This document shows positions 28,790-38,535 of a DNA stretch of 64,000 nt, piece by piece (positions within the stretch are counted from its first letter, which is position 1; every line of letters starts with the position of its first letter). The position numbers and the translations under genes were made by a program. The notes under the pieces were generated by a model. That model did no database searches. It was not told where the DNA came from and worked only from the letters and a program-made list of their open reading frames with translations. This DNA comes from a virus, in IMG/VR virus record IMGVR_UViG_3300037502_001442, positions 7,823 to 71,822 of that record. One strand, written 5' to 3'.

Positions 28790-30333
28790 TGTTCAAGGGC
28801 AGTCTTTACCCGTTCCAAGAGGAAGCCAGCACCCGCATGGTGGACCGTGGCCAGATGTTGCTGGCCATGGTCATGGGCGCTGGTAAGACTGTCACAACCA
28901 TCTCCGCCTTGGAGGAACTCATCGGTCAGGAAGAGATCGACAGAGTGTTGGTCGTGGTGCCCAGCAGTCTCAAGTACCAGTGGCTCCGTGAGATCAAGAA
29001 GTTCACCGACTCGACGGCGGTGGTGATCGACGGACCACCGAAGGCTAGAGAGGTGCTATGGCGCACTGCATTGCGGTGTCGTTACGTCATCGTGAACCCA
29101 GAGACTCTCGTCAACGACGAAAAGTACCTAACACACCTCAATGCCAACGCCATCGTCATTGACGAGGCCACGATGATCAAGTCCCCCAAGGCCAAGCGCT
29201 CCAAGATGCTCAAGAAGTTGGGCAAGAAGTTCCAGTACCGTTTTGCCCTCACGGGACAGCCGATTGAGAACAAGCCAGAAGAACTGTTCTCCATCATGGA
29301 GTTCGTCGACCCCTCCGTTCTGGGCAGGTTCGACGTCTTCGACAGGACCTTCATTGTCCGCAACCACTACGGCGCTCCAGTTCGGTACAGGAACCTAAAG
29401 GCTCTCAACGAGACGATGGCCGAGAGCATGGTCCGCAAGACCAGAGATGACATTGCTGACCAGTTGCCCAAAGTCATCCACCAAGTGGTACCAGTACCGT
29501 TTGATTCAGCGGGTGCATCTGCCTACGAGAAAATCAGCGCAGACCTCATCGAGCAGATTAACAAAGCAATTACCACCAGCGGTCGTGGCTTCGACCTCTG
29601 GTCTCACTATCACGGAGGTGGCGGAGATGACGCCCAAGGTCAGATCATGTCTCGTCTTACTGTTCTTCGCATGCTGTGCGACAACCCTCGCCTTGTCCGC
29701 TGGTCGGCTGAGGCGTACATGGACCCGTCCCAACACTCCGAGGGGAGCAAGTACGCACACGACGTCGTCAACCTCGGCTGGATCTCCGAGAGCGCTAAGA
29801 CACCCAAACTAGACGCAGTTATTGATTACATTAAGGATGTACTAGATGAAGACCCAACTAACAAGGTGGTTGTATTCTCGTTCTTTAAGAAGAACCTACG
29901 GCTTATCCAAGAGGCAACTAGCGGACTTACTGGAAGCGTACTTTTCATGGGTGGCATGGACGCACACGAGCGGGACCGTGCTAAGGAGCGATTCCAAACC
30001 GATAGCAATGTTCGGCTCTTTCTATCCTCTGATGCGGGGGGCTATGGGGTGGACCTACCACAAGCCAATTACCTCATCTCTTACGATCTGCCTTGGTCGG
30101 CTGGCAAACTTGACCAAAGAGAGGCCCGTATCATCCGCCTATCCTCGACACACCCCCACGTTACGATCACATCATTCGTGATGAAGGGTTCCATCGAGGA
30201 GAGGCAGTACGAGATGCTCCAGCAGAAGAGGGCCATCAATCAGGCATTCATTGACAAGGGCTACGACCAGCAGGGCAAGTTTGAGTTGTCTCTCGGTACC
30301 CTGTCGGACTTTCTCAAGAACACGGAGGTTTGA
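28789..30333 (+). CDS. SNF2-family helicase
   Basis: 'MGAGKT', 'IDEAT', 'LTGQPIENKPEEL', 'GYGVDL', 'QREARIIR'. Confidence 0.9.
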   Translation: MFKGSLYPFQEEASTRMVDRGQMLLAMVMGAGKTVTTISALEELIGQEEIDRVLVVVPSSLKYQWLREIKKFTDSTAVVIDGPPKAREVLWRTALRCRYVIVNPETLVNDEKYLTHLNANAIVIDEATMIKSPKAKRSKMLKKLGKKFQYRFALTGQPIENKPEELFSIMEFVDPSVLGRFDVFDRTFIVRNHYGAPVRYRNLKALNETMAESMVRKTRDDIADQLPKVIHQVVPVPFDSAGASAYEKISADLIEQINKAITTSGRGFDLWSHYHGGGGDDAQGQIMSRLTVLRMLCDNPRLVRWSAEAYMDPSQHSEGSKYAHDVVNLGWISESAKTPKLDAVIDYIKDVLDEDPTNKVVVFSFFKKNLRLIQEATSGLTGSVLFMGGMDAHERDRAKERFQTDSNVRLFLSSDAGGYGVDLPQANYLISYDLPWSAGKLDQREARIIRLSSTHPHVTITSFVMKGSIEERQYEMLQQKRAINQAFIDKGYDQQGKFELSLGTLSDFLKNTEV

Positions 30334-30334
30334 G

Positions 30335-30751
30335 ATGGAGAAGAGAGTTGTCAAGCGTGCGGAAGGCTTCGACGCCTCCTACATCGAGCGCCTTGCCGAG
30401 GAATACAAGAAGAGCAAAGAGTTCCTTGCCGAGATCGAGAAGCGCACCAACGCCATGAAGAAGGAACTGTCCGACGTCGTCGACGCCAACGGTGTCCCCG
30501 ACGACAAGGGCAACGTCTGGCTCCGTATCGGTGACCTCTCCCTCAAGCGTGAGAAGCGCATCAGTCGCTCTCTGGACCAGCAAGCGGCTGAGGACTGGGC
30601 CCGAGCCAACGGGCACTGGGACGACGTCAAGCAGGTCATCGAGGTCCTTGACGAGGACAAACTCTTGGCCCTAGCGTGGGACAACTCGGATCTGGAGGAC
30701 ACCATTCAGGCGTTCTACGTTGAGAAGGAAGTGTGGGCATTCAAGGCATGA
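30335..30751 (+). CDS. Hypothetical coiled-coil protein
   Basis: MEKRVVKR...; GGAGG RBS; within the replication operon. Confidence 0.65.
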   Translation: MEKRVVKRAEGFDASYIERLAEEYKKSKEFLAEIEKRTNAMKKELSDVVDANGVPDDKGNVWLRIGDLSLKREKRISRSLDQQAAEDWARANGHWDDVKQVIEVLDEDKLLALAWDNSDLEDTIQAFYVEKEVWAFKA

Positions 30752-31206
30752 AAGACGTTCTGGACTACTTCAACGACCTTCCTGACTATCCAGGAAAGAG
30801 CAAGCCCCGCAACCGAGGGGTGTCGTCTGTCAAGGCGGCACGTGACCTGTCGTTTGACATCTTCGACGGGGTGCCCTGCAAGTTGATCGAGATCGACGGG
30901 GAACTCAAGGACTTCTACACCATCGGCAGTCTTGCCCGTGTGGTGGGCAGGTCTCACAAGACCGTCAGGTCATGGGAAGACAAGGGCTGGTTGCCCAAAG
31001 CAACCTACCGATCCAGCAAGGCCAGCGGTCACCCCGCTGTCAATAAGAAAAATCGTGGCTACCGCCTTTACTCCAGAGAGCAAGTTCAGGTAGTCTACAG
31101 AGCCCTTGAGGTCAACGGCCTCTTGGGGGGCAGAACAGTTGCTTGGCGCGAGAGCCATCGGTGGATAGACTTCATCGACTACGTCAAGGCCAACTGGCCC
31201 CGATAA
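30748..31206 (+). CDS. MerR-like HTH DNA-binding protein
   Basis: 'YTIGSLARVVGRSHKTVRSWEDKGWLPKA...RLYSREQV'. Confidence 0.75.
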   Translation: MKDVLDYFNDLPDYPGKSKPRNRGVSSVKAARDLSFDIFDGVPCKLIEIDGELKDFYTIGSLARVVGRSHKTVRSWEDKGWLPKATYRSSKASGHPAVNKKNRGYRLYSREQVQVVYRALEVNGLLGGRTVAWRESHRWIDFIDYVKANWPR

Positions 31207-31236
31207 CAACAAACACACAACTAAGGAGAGCAAGCC

Positions 31237-31944
31237 ATGGGACGATGGGATGATGAAGAGCAGGAAGTGTCGGAACCGAAGCAGGAACTGACCCGCAAAC
31301 TGCGAGTCGTGGACAACGACGCCAATGATGACGACGAGGACGTTGCTCCTCGCAAGGTCGTTCGCTCTGGATGGGGCTCCTCGGAGCGCACCAGCGGAGG
31401 CAACGGAGACGAGTTCGCCAAGCGCCTCAAGGTGACTGAAGAGATTCAAATCATCAAGTTCCTCGACGACGCACCGTACGCCCGCTACCGCCAGCACTGG
31501 GTGGAGCGCAAGGGACAGATGTCGTTCACCTGCATCGCTGACATCGAGTCGGGCACGACCTGCCCGCTCTGCGAGGTTGGCAACCGTCCGTCGTGGCGCT
31601 TCAACTTCAACGTGGTCCTGATGACCCCTGGCGAGGACCCTGTCCTCCGCTCCTACGAGGTGGGAGCCCGAGTCATTGACCAGTTGAAGAACTTCAACGA
31701 CCACCCCGCCATGGGCCCGCTTCCCAAGCACTACTGGACCGTGTCCCGCAGTGGCAAGGGTGCTACTACTTCCACGAACCATCAGATGGTGCGTGCGTCC
31801 GACCTCAACGACTGGGGTCTGGAGGAACTGTCCGACTCGAAGATCAAGCACTTCGAGGGCATCGCCTACGATGAGTCCATCATCCGCACGCCCTCCCGCA
31901 AGACCCTCGCGGCAGTTGCTCTCGAAGTTCAGACCGACGACTGA
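31237..31944 (+). CDS. Single-stranded DNA-binding protein (T4 gp32-like)
   Basis: 'IIKFLDD.P...YRQHWV...FTC......CPLCE', 'VSRSGKG'; directly upstream of the polymerase. Confidence 0.65.
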   Translation: MGRWDDEEQEVSEPKQELTRKLRVVDNDANDDDEDVAPRKVVRSGWGSSERTSGGNGDEFAKRLKVTEEIQIIKFLDDAPYARYRQHWVERKGQMSFTCIADIESGTTCPLCEVGNRPSWRFNFNVVLMTPGEDPVLRSYEVGARVIDQLKNFNDHPAMGPLPKHYWTVSRSGKGATTSTNHQMVRASDLNDWGLEELSDSKIKHFEGIAYDESIIRTPSRKTLAAVALEVQTDD

Positions 31945-33989
31945 TGCGTTGCAAGGTTGTCACGAGCCTCGCTGAGGTTCGGGACGCCGTTTCCAAGATC
32001 CAGTCCCACGGGGCCTTCGCGTTTGACGTGGAGACCCGTGGGAACTTGGAACGTCACCCCGACCTCGTGGAGATGGCTGAGAGCGAGTGGAAGTCGCACC
32101 TTTCCAAGTTGAAGGCGCCGACTCCCGAGATTGCTCGCAAGGCTAAGGAGAACATCGAGGCCAAGTTCCGCTCGGAACTGGCTCTCGACCCTCTGCGCAA
32201 TGAGGTGTTCTGGATTGGTCTTGCCACGTACGCAGAGTCGTGGGCCATCCCCATGGGTCACCCCTTGGGCATCATCGTCGAGCCTGAAGAGGTTGGTGAC
32301 GGAACCACCGTCCCACCCGTCGGCTATCGCAAGAAACTTAAGAACGGCGAAGAGTCTATGGCCAAGGCCAAGTACGTCAAGCCTGCCGTCTACAGCGAGG
32401 TACCCGAGCAACTGGATAGGTCCGAGGTCCTTGAGGCTTTGCGCCCATTGTTCTTCAGCGACCTCATCAAGGTCGGCCACAACGTCAAGTTCGACGCCCG
32501 CTCCGTTGGCAAGTACTACGGAGAACTGCCCCCTGGCCCCTTCTACGACACCATCCTGATGCAACACATCTTGGACGAGAACATGATGTCGTACTCCATG
32601 GAGCAGGTGGTTCTCAAGAACTTCAAGACAGCCTCGCACGGCCGTGAGGGCAAGATCGGTAAGGTCATCACAAGAGTGCCATTTGATGTCGCGGCCCGTT
32701 ACCTGCACCTCGACGTCCGCTGGACGTGGTTGCTGTATACCCGCATGAAGGTTGCCATCGAGCGCCGAGAGGATCTGCACAAGGCTTTCCTTCTGGAGAC
32801 CGACGCCCTCCGTGTCATCATGGAGATGGAGGACGAGGGCATCCTCGTGGATTCCCGTGCCCTCAAGTCTCTGGGCAAGGAACTGGATGCCCGCATCAGG
32901 CAGATCCATCTGGACATATCAGAGTATGCGTTCGTGGGATTCAACCCAGACTCCAACCCGCACAAGCAGGCTCTGCTCTTCAACAAGAAGCGTGAAGGAG
33001 GTCTGTCTTTGAAGCCCGTCAAGAAGACTCCCAAGGGGGCCCCGTCCGTGGATGAAGAGTCGCTCCAGAAACTCAAGGGAGAGCACCCTGTGGTTCCTCT
33101 TCTGCTGGAGTACGCCGAGGTCCAGAAGTTGAAGTCAACGTACGTCGAGGGTCTCATCCCGAAACTGAACAACAGCAAACTGCACCCGTCGTTCCACCTG
33201 CACAGGACCGCCACGGGTCGACTGTCGTCGTCTAACCCGAACCTCCAGAACATCCCGCGCTCGTCCAGCATTCGCAGTCTGTTCGTGGCCCCCGACGGTT
33301 ACAAACTGTTAGTGGCTGACTACGATCAGATTGAACTGCGCGTCATGGCAATGTTCTCTCAAGACAAGCACATGACCCGCATCTTCCGCAACGAAGAGGA
33401 CATTCACGCTGGAGCCGCCGCTCTCATCTACAAAAAGCCGATTGAAGAAATCACAAGCGAAGAGCGCCAGGTAGGCAAGGGAGTCAACTTCCTCACGGCC
33501 TATGGCGGTGGAGCAGGCAAACTTGCCAACACCACGGGCATTCCGTTTGAGGAGGCCAAGGAAATCATCGACAACTACTACCGTCAGTTCTCTGGCATCA
33601 CCGAGTGGAAGAGGCACGTTATTGCCAGCGGTCGCTCCAAGGGTTACGTGTCCACCATGGCTGGTCGTCGCAGGCGACTTCCCGACCTTCACTCCGCTGA
33701 CGACATGGACAGGTCCCGAGCCGAGCGTCAGGCCGTCAATGCCGTGGTTCAGGGCTCTGCGGCCGACATCTGTAAGCAGGCCATGATTGACGTGGACAAG
33801 GTTCTCAAGGGCACTGGCGCTAAGTTGATCGTGCAGGTGCACGACGAACTTGTCGCCATCGTTCCCGAGGATAAGGTAGAAGAGTTGACCCCCAAGTTCA
33901 TGGACGCCATGGGACACGGACGAATCATCGACAACGTGCCTCTGCTTGTGTCGTGCGACTCCGCCTACAGTTGGGCGGATGCCAAGTGA
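31944..33989 (+). CDS. polA: DNA polymerase, family A, with 3'-5' exonuclease
   Basis: ExoI 'FDVET', ExoII 'HNVKFD', 'TGRLSSSNPNLQNIP', motif A 'ADYDQIELR', motif B 'R..GKGVNFLTAYG', motif C 'QVHDEL'. Confidence 0.95.
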   Translation: MRCKVVTSLAEVRDAVSKIQSHGAFAFDVETRGNLERHPDLVEMAESEWKSHLSKLKAPTPEIARKAKENIEAKFRSELALDPLRNEVFWIGLATYAESWAIPMGHPLGIIVEPEEVGDGTTVPPVGYRKKLKNGEESMAKAKYVKPAVYSEVPEQLDRSEVLEALRPLFFSDLIKVGHNVKFDARSVGKYYGELPPGPFYDTILMQHILDENMMSYSMEQVVLKNFKTASHGREGKIGKVITRVPFDVAARYLHLDVRWTWLLYTRMKVAIERREDLHKAFLLETDALRVIMEMEDEGILVDSRALKSLGKELDARIRQIHLDISEYAFVGFNPDSNPHKQALLFNKKREGGLSLKPVKKTPKGAPSVDEESLQKLKGEHPVVPLLLEYAEVQKLKSTYVEGLIPKLNNSKLHPSFHLHRTATGRLSSSNPNLQNIPRSSSIRSLFVAPDGYKLLVADYDQIELRVMAMFSQDKHMTRIFRNEEDIHAGAAALIYKKPIEEITSEERQVGKGVNFLTAYGGGAGKLANTTGIPFEEAKEIIDNYYRQFSGITEWKRHVIASGRSKGYVSTMAGRRRRLPDLHSADDMDRSRAERQAVNAVVQGSAADICKQAMIDVDKVLKGTGAKLIVQVHDELVAIVPEDKVEELTPKFMDAMGHGRIIDNVPLLVSCDSAYSWADAK

Positions 33990-34333
33990 GCGCGGTCGAT
34001 CAACGCTTGTATTACCTGATGTTGTCACCGCAACTAGGTCAGGAGTTCGCGCATAACGGAGGCTTTTCTAAGCCCTCTGAGGATGTGCAGGAAGCAGAAA
34101 CCGTGGATGTGATTTCACGGTGGACTGTTCTTACACTCGCTGGCCTTCTAGAGGACGTCATCGAGACCGCCGATTGGTTCTGTCAATTAGAAGTTCTGTC
34201 GGACGTGGATCAGGAGCAACTAAAAAAGACGCTCGTGTCCCACGGGGTCGGTCTCTTGAATAGACTGCTGGACTCTGGCAAGATATCGATTGTCCTAGAA
34301 CTAGAAGACGAAGAGGAGGAAGACGATGAGTGA
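33986..34333 (+). CDS. Hypothetical acidic protein
   Basis: GTG start overlapping the polA stop; acidic tail. Confidence 0.6.
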   Translation: MSAVDQRLYYLMLSPQLGQEFAHNGGFSKPSEDVQEAETVDVISRWTVLTLAGLLEDVIETADWFCQLEVLSDVDQEQLKKTLVSHGVGLLNRLLDSGKISIVLELEDEEEEDDE

Positions 34334-34745
34334 CTGGTGGAACAAGAAACTGAGCGGGCAGGAGCCGACCCCCCAGAGGACCTACGCGACTCCCCCCACT
34401 TCGCCCCCGCTCCGCTTCCCAGCACCCTCTCAGAGCGCTCCTACGGCCCCTCAGAGCCACTCTACGGTGCCCTCCGCACCCCAGGACCGTCAGGACGTTT
34501 TGGACCCCTCTAAAGCCCCTACAGAGCAGATCACGATGGGTGACGCCATCAGGCTCTGGAAGGGCGGAGAGGCCATGCGCAAGGAGGGCAACCTGACCTG
34601 CCCCGAGTGCGGGAGCATCCACGTGTTCTCTCGAACTGGGCGTGGGTTTGGCACCACCGTCAACGGAGCGTCCCCCGCCCCTCGTTGCTACGAGTGCGGA
34701 TGGAACGGTATGTACGATCAAGGTTCACGAGGAAACTGGGTATAA
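34326..34745 (+). CDS. Pro-rich zinc-ribbon protein
   Basis: 'CPECGS...RCYECGW'. Confidence 0.65.
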   Translation: MSDWWNKKLSGQEPTPQRTYATPPTSPPLRFPAPSQSAPTAPQSHSTVPSAPQDRQDVLDPSKAPTEQITMGDAIRLWKGGEAMRKEGNLTCPECGSIHVFSRTGRGFGTTVNGASPAPRCYECGWNGMYDQGSRGNWV

Positions 34746-34747
34746 CA

Positions 34748-35767
34748 ATGTCTGACTACGAGTCACTTCAGTCCATCATCTCTTCTCTTCGCAAGAAGCA
34801 CGGAGACGGAGTCATCGTCAAGGGCTCCGACGTGCGTGAGATGATTCCTCGCATCACCACGGGAATGCTCTCGTATGACCTCATGCTTGGTGGCGGTTGG
34901 CCAGTCAACCAGTGGAGCGAGATCATCGGTGAGGAGTCCAGTGGCAAGACCGCTATCGCTTACAAGACCATCGCGGCTAATCAGGCCGTCGACCCCAACT
35001 TCTGCGCTTTGTGGATCGCGGCTGAGGACTTTGTTCCTGAGTACGCCAAGGCAATCGGTGTCGACCTAGACCGTCTTTGGGTCGTTGAGAACAACATCAT
35101 GGAGCAGGTTTACGACCTCGCTATCCGCGCCCTCGACAACAGGGCAGTGGACATGATCGTCATCGACTCTCTCCCCGCACTCGTCCCCGACGACGAGGCC
35201 GAAAAGATGATGGAGGAGTTCACGGTCGGACTCGGTGCCCGACTCACTGGTAAGTTCTTCCGCAAGTCTTCCAAGGCTCAGAAGCGCTCTTTGATCGAGG
35301 AGGACCGTGGTTGCACTGGCCTCATCATCAATCAGTGGCGCGAGAAGATCGGTGTCATGTATGGAGACAACCGTACGACTCCTGGTGGTAAGGCAAAGAA
35401 CTTCCACTACTTCTGCCGTCTTGAGGTCAAGCGCGACGAGTGGCTCAAGGAGAAGGACGAGGTAGTTGGTCAGTCCATCAAGGGACGCACCATCAAGAAC
35501 AAGACTCACCGCCCCCAGCAGAGCGCCGTGGTCGACTTCTACTTCTCCGACAGCGACCACTTCCAGTTCGGTGAGTTTGACGTCATCAAGGACATGGTGA
35601 ACGTCGGCATTGTCGCTGGCATCATCGAGCGTGCGGGTGCCTTTTACTCCTACGGTGGAGAGCGCTGGCAGGGCAAGGAGAAGGTGCTCCTCGGTATCCG
35701 AGAGGACCTCGACCTCCAGAAGTCCTTGCGTGAGCAGGTGTTTGCTCACTACGGTGTCGAGTCGTGA
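34748..35767 (+). CDS. recA: RecA/UvsX-like recombinase
   Basis: 'GEESSGKT', 'IVIDSLPAL', 'INQWREKIGVMYGD..TTPGGKA', 'GAFYSYG...QGKE'. Confidence 0.93.
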   Translation: MSDYESLQSIISSLRKKHGDGVIVKGSDVREMIPRITTGMLSYDLMLGGGWPVNQWSEIIGEESSGKTAIAYKTIAANQAVDPNFCALWIAAEDFVPEYAKAIGVDLDRLWVVENNIMEQVYDLAIRALDNRAVDMIVIDSLPALVPDDEAEKMMEEFTVGLGARLTGKFFRKSSKAQKRSLIEEDRGCTGLIINQWREKIGVMYGDNRTTPGGKAKNFHYFCRLEVKRDEWLKEKDEVVGQSIKGRTIKNKTHRPQQSAVVDFYFSDSDHFQFGEFDVIKDMVNVGIVAGIIERAGAFYSYGGERWQGKEKVLLGIREDLDLQKSLREQVFAHYGVES

Positions 35768-36099
35768 CCCTAGACCCGCATGAGCGCAAGCAGATTCTCA
35801 AGAAGTCTCGACGCCAAGAGGCTCGCACCGCCGATACTTATCGGGGCAGTCGCAACTCTGGTTCTGGTAACGGTTGGCTACGCAAAAACGATGTGCGTAG
35901 CGACAAGATCCTTTTTGAGAACAAGTTCACGACGGCTACGAAGTCGATAAGCCTCAAGTCTTCGGACCTCAGAGAGTTAACGGAAAGGGCCATCCTTGAC
36001 GATAGGGTGGCGGTCCTCCAGTTCGATCTGGCGGGAAGGCGATACGTAGTCCTCAATGAGGACGACTTTTTGGAGATGATTCATGAGAGCGATCAATGA
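35764..36099 (+). CDS. Putative PD-(D/E)XK Holliday junction resolvase-like protein
   Basis: 'SRRQEAR.A...GSGNGW.RKNDV.....FENK'. Confidence 0.6.
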   Translation: MTLDPHERKQILKKSRRQEARTADTYRGSRNSGSGNGWLRKNDVRSDKILFENKFTTATKSISLKSSDLRELTERAILDDRVAVLQFDLAGRRYVVLNEDDFLEMIHESDQ

Positions 36100-36304
36100 G
36101 TGGGAATCACAAGCGGCCTTCTTCTCCATCCTGTCGCTGAAGCATGCCAAGAGGCGCTCTCTGGCCGAGGCTGAGACCGCTCAGTGGATGAACATGTGCC
36201 AACTCATGGCCCACATCCTTAGTGAGCAGGGACACCCTGAAGGTTCTTTTGTGGGCTCTGTTCTCAACGAGTACAAGAAGATGGTTGACTCCTATGCCAA
36301 TTAG
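36083..36304 (+). CDS. Hypothetical protein
   Basis: 73 aa ORF overlapping both neighbours. Confidence 0.5.
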   Translation: MRAINEWESQAAFFSILSLKHAKRRSLAEAETAQWMNMCQLMAHILSEQGHPEGSFVGSVLNEYKKMVDSYAN

Positions 36305-37193
36305 TCCCAAGGACATGAAGCGCATCATGGCCAGCCCCCACCGCATCCTCGGTCCTGTGGAGCGCCACGTCATTCAAGAGAACGACTCCAAGACCTCCAA
36401 ACGCGATACAGAGCACCTACACCCGTCCGAAATCTGCAAGAAGGATTGGTGCCCCCGCTCGTCCTACTACAAGATCATCGGTATGCCCGAGAAGCCTGAG
36501 TCGTTCAACCTTCAGAGGCTGAACGTGTTTGCCATGGGCACCATGATCCACGAGAAGTGGCAGAAGTGGATGGAGGATGCGGGCATCCTTGAGCAGGCCG
36601 AAGTCCCCGTGTACAACGAAGAGCACCTCATCATGGGACACGCCGATGGCATTGTCTCCGACAAGCACGGAAGAGCCGTCGTTGAGATCAAGAGCGTGGG
36701 CGCTGGCACCATCAGGTTTGAGGACTACGGTCTGTTTGCCCCCTATGCCAAGAAGGAGATCACCTTTGAGGCCCTGTGGGAGAGCATCAAGCAACCCTTC
36801 GACTCCCATGTCCGACAGGCACAGTTGTACATGTATTGCCTGGGTGTGGATAAAGGTCTCATCCTCTACGAGTGGAAGGCCACTCAAGAGGTCAAAGAAT
36901 TTCAGATCGACTACCAGCCAGAGTTGGTGGACCCCATCCTTGCTTCCTGCCTGACTGTCAAGAGGGCGCTAGAAGCCAAAGAGCCCCCTAGTAGGCCGTC
37001 ATGGTTGACACCAGAGAGTAAGACATGCAAATATTGCCCGTTCAAAGAGGAGTGCTGGAATGAAAACAGTCGTGAGGTCGACACTTGGGGAGCAGGAGTT
37101 GCTGGAGAAGTTCAGCCACAAGTTCGAGTTGCCGAACAGGCCGTCGAACTTGATTCCCGAGATGCCCCACAACCTCGACGAGTTGTCCGATAA
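36294..37193 (+). CDS. Cas4-like PD-(D/E)XK exonuclease
   Basis: 'HPSEIC...WCPR', 'GTMIHE', 'GHADG', 'EIKS', 'QAQLY', C-terminal 'CKYCPFKEEC'. Confidence 0.85.
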   Translation: MPISPKDMKRIMASPHRILGPVERHVIQENDSKTSKRDTEHLHPSEICKKDWCPRSSYYKIIGMPEKPESFNLQRLNVFAMGTMIHEKWQKWMEDAGILEQAEVPVYNEEHLIMGHADGIVSDKHGRAVVEIKSVGAGTIRFEDYGLFAPYAKKEITFEALWESIKQPFDSHVRQAQLYMYCLGVDKGLILYEWKATQEVKEFQIDYQPELVDPILASCLTVKRALEAKEPPSRPSWLTPESKTCKYCPFKEECWNENSREVDTWGAGVAGEVQPQVRVAEQAVELDSRDAPQPRRVVR

Positions 37194-37560
37194 TCGACTC
37201 ATGTCCCTGTACGGGGAGTTCATGGCATGGGTGTCCTACGCTAAAGCAGAACTGGTCAAGGCAGAGATTGCCGAAGACCGCACAGCCCACGTGCTCAAGG
37301 TGACCGAGTCCAGCGCGATCATCGAGCAGTGGAGTGACAAAGTCAAGGGTGACACCGTCACCCTCGCCAAGGCCCGCCGTGATGTTGACCCCACGGTTGT
37401 AGAAGCCACCGAGAAGCATCTTGAGTCCCGCGCCTATCGCAAACTAACAGAGTCTGTGTTTGACCGCTGTGAGAAGAGCGCTCAAGTTCTTAGCCGAGAG
37501 TTGAGTAGGCGCATCAGCCTTGCCCCCAAGGAAGGTAGGCAAGCCAAGTATCTGCCATGA
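37060..37560 (+). CDS. Putative recombination mediator (UvsY-like helical protein)
   Basis: Helical protein ending 'LSRELSRR' in the RecA operon; overlaps the nuclease C-terminus. Confidence 0.5.
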   Translation: MKTVVRSTLGEQELLEKFSHKFELPNRPSNLIPEMPHNLDELSDNRLMSLYGEFMAWVSYAKAELVKAEIAEDRTAHVLKVTESSAIIEQWSDKVKGDTVTLAKARRDVDPTVVEATEKHLESRAYRKLTESVFDRCEKSAQVLSRELSRRISLAPKEGRQAKYLP

Positions 37561-37673
37561 GCAAGAAAAAAGAACCCGTCAAGGACATCAATTACTGGAT
37601 AGCCTTGGCGCAGAAACTGCACGCCGAGAATGAACGGCTCAAAGAACAACTACTAGCCCTGAGGGGGTACTGA
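37557..37673 (+). CDS. Small hypothetical protein (MSKKKEPV...)
   Basis: Translated by hand, 38 aa, ATGA coupling. Confidence 0.4.
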   Translation: MSKKKEPVKDINYWIALAQKLHAENERLKEQLLALRGY

Positions 37674-37674
37674 A

Positions 37675-37812
37675 ATGATCAAGACAATTATCGCTGTGAT
37701 GATGGGAAATCTCTTTTACTTCGCAATCATCGGATACCTGCGGGACCGCATTGCCCAAGCCACCAGACCCGAGAACGACCCGATGTTTTTCGATCAGGAC
37801 GATTGGCTCTGA
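37675..37812 (+). CDS. Small membrane protein (MIKTIIAV...)
   Basis: Translated by hand, 45 aa, one hydrophobic segment. Confidence 0.4.
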   Translation: MIKTIIAVMMGNLFYFAIIGYLRDRIAQATRPENDPMFFDQDDWL

Positions 37813-37889
37813 CATGCTCAGATACCTAGGGGCTCTTGGCCTCATCTTCGGGATGCTTCTCATCCTCTTCTTTGTTGACGGGGACTGAC

Positions 37890-38297
37890 ATGCGTATTGG
37901 TTTTACCTGCTCGACGTTCGACTTGTTTCATACGGGCCACGTCATCATGCTTGAGGAGGCCAAGTCCCTTTGCGACCACTTAGTCGTCGGTTTGCACACC
38001 GACCCAACTATTGACCGCAACTGGAAGAACAAGCCAGTACAGAGCGTCATGGAGCGTTTTATCCAAGTAGCGGCCTGCCGTTACGTGGACGACGTTGTGG
38101 TATACGAAAGCGAACACGACCTCTACAACTTCTTGGTGTCCTACCCCATCGACATTAGGTTCCTTGGCGAGGAGTACCGAGATCAGTCGTTTACTGGCAT
38201 GGACCTCGACATCCCCATTCACTTCACTAAGAGGCGTCATGACTATTCGACCACTTCTCTTAGAGATCGGGTCATAAAGGAGGGCAAAGGTGACTGA
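37890..38297 (+). CDS. Cytidylyltransferase (TagD / glycerol-3-phosphate CTase-like)
   Basis: 'STFDLFHTGH' (HxGH), 'LVVGLHTDP', 'YSTTSLR'. Confidence 0.85.
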   Translation: MRIGFTCSTFDLFHTGHVIMLEEAKSLCDHLVVGLHTDPTIDRNWKNKPVQSVMERFIQVAACRYVDDVVVYESEHDLYNFLVSYPIDIRFLGEEYRDQSFTGMDLDIPIHFTKRRHDYSTTSLRDRVIKEGKGD

Positions 38298-38535
38298 TGA
38301 CATTGTGACCCGACTGAACATTGATGCGGCATGGCTTGAAACTTGCTCACCAACTATTTATCAGGACATCGCAAGTATTGTGCGTGAAGCCGCTGATGAG
38401 ATTGAGCGTCTACGAGAGGACCGCGACAGGTGGAAAGCATTAGGTCAGCACATTTGCGAGTTCCATTACAATTTGATTCCTGACCACATCCATCAGTTGT
38501 TCGATGACTACAACAAGGCGGTGCGTGGTGAGTGA
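38290..38535 (+). CDS. Small protein, 'MTDDIVTRL...EAADEIERLR' family, copy 1
   Basis: Shares two motifs with the next two ORFs. Confidence 0.7.
   Translation: MTDDIVTRLNIDAAWLETCSPTIYQDIASIVREAADEIERLREDRDRWKALGQHICEFHYNLIPDHIHQLFDDYNKAVRGE

Noticed and set aside
36294-37193. CRISPR-Cas system implied by the Cas4-like gene
   Set aside because: No array or other cas genes; the context is a RecA/resolvase module
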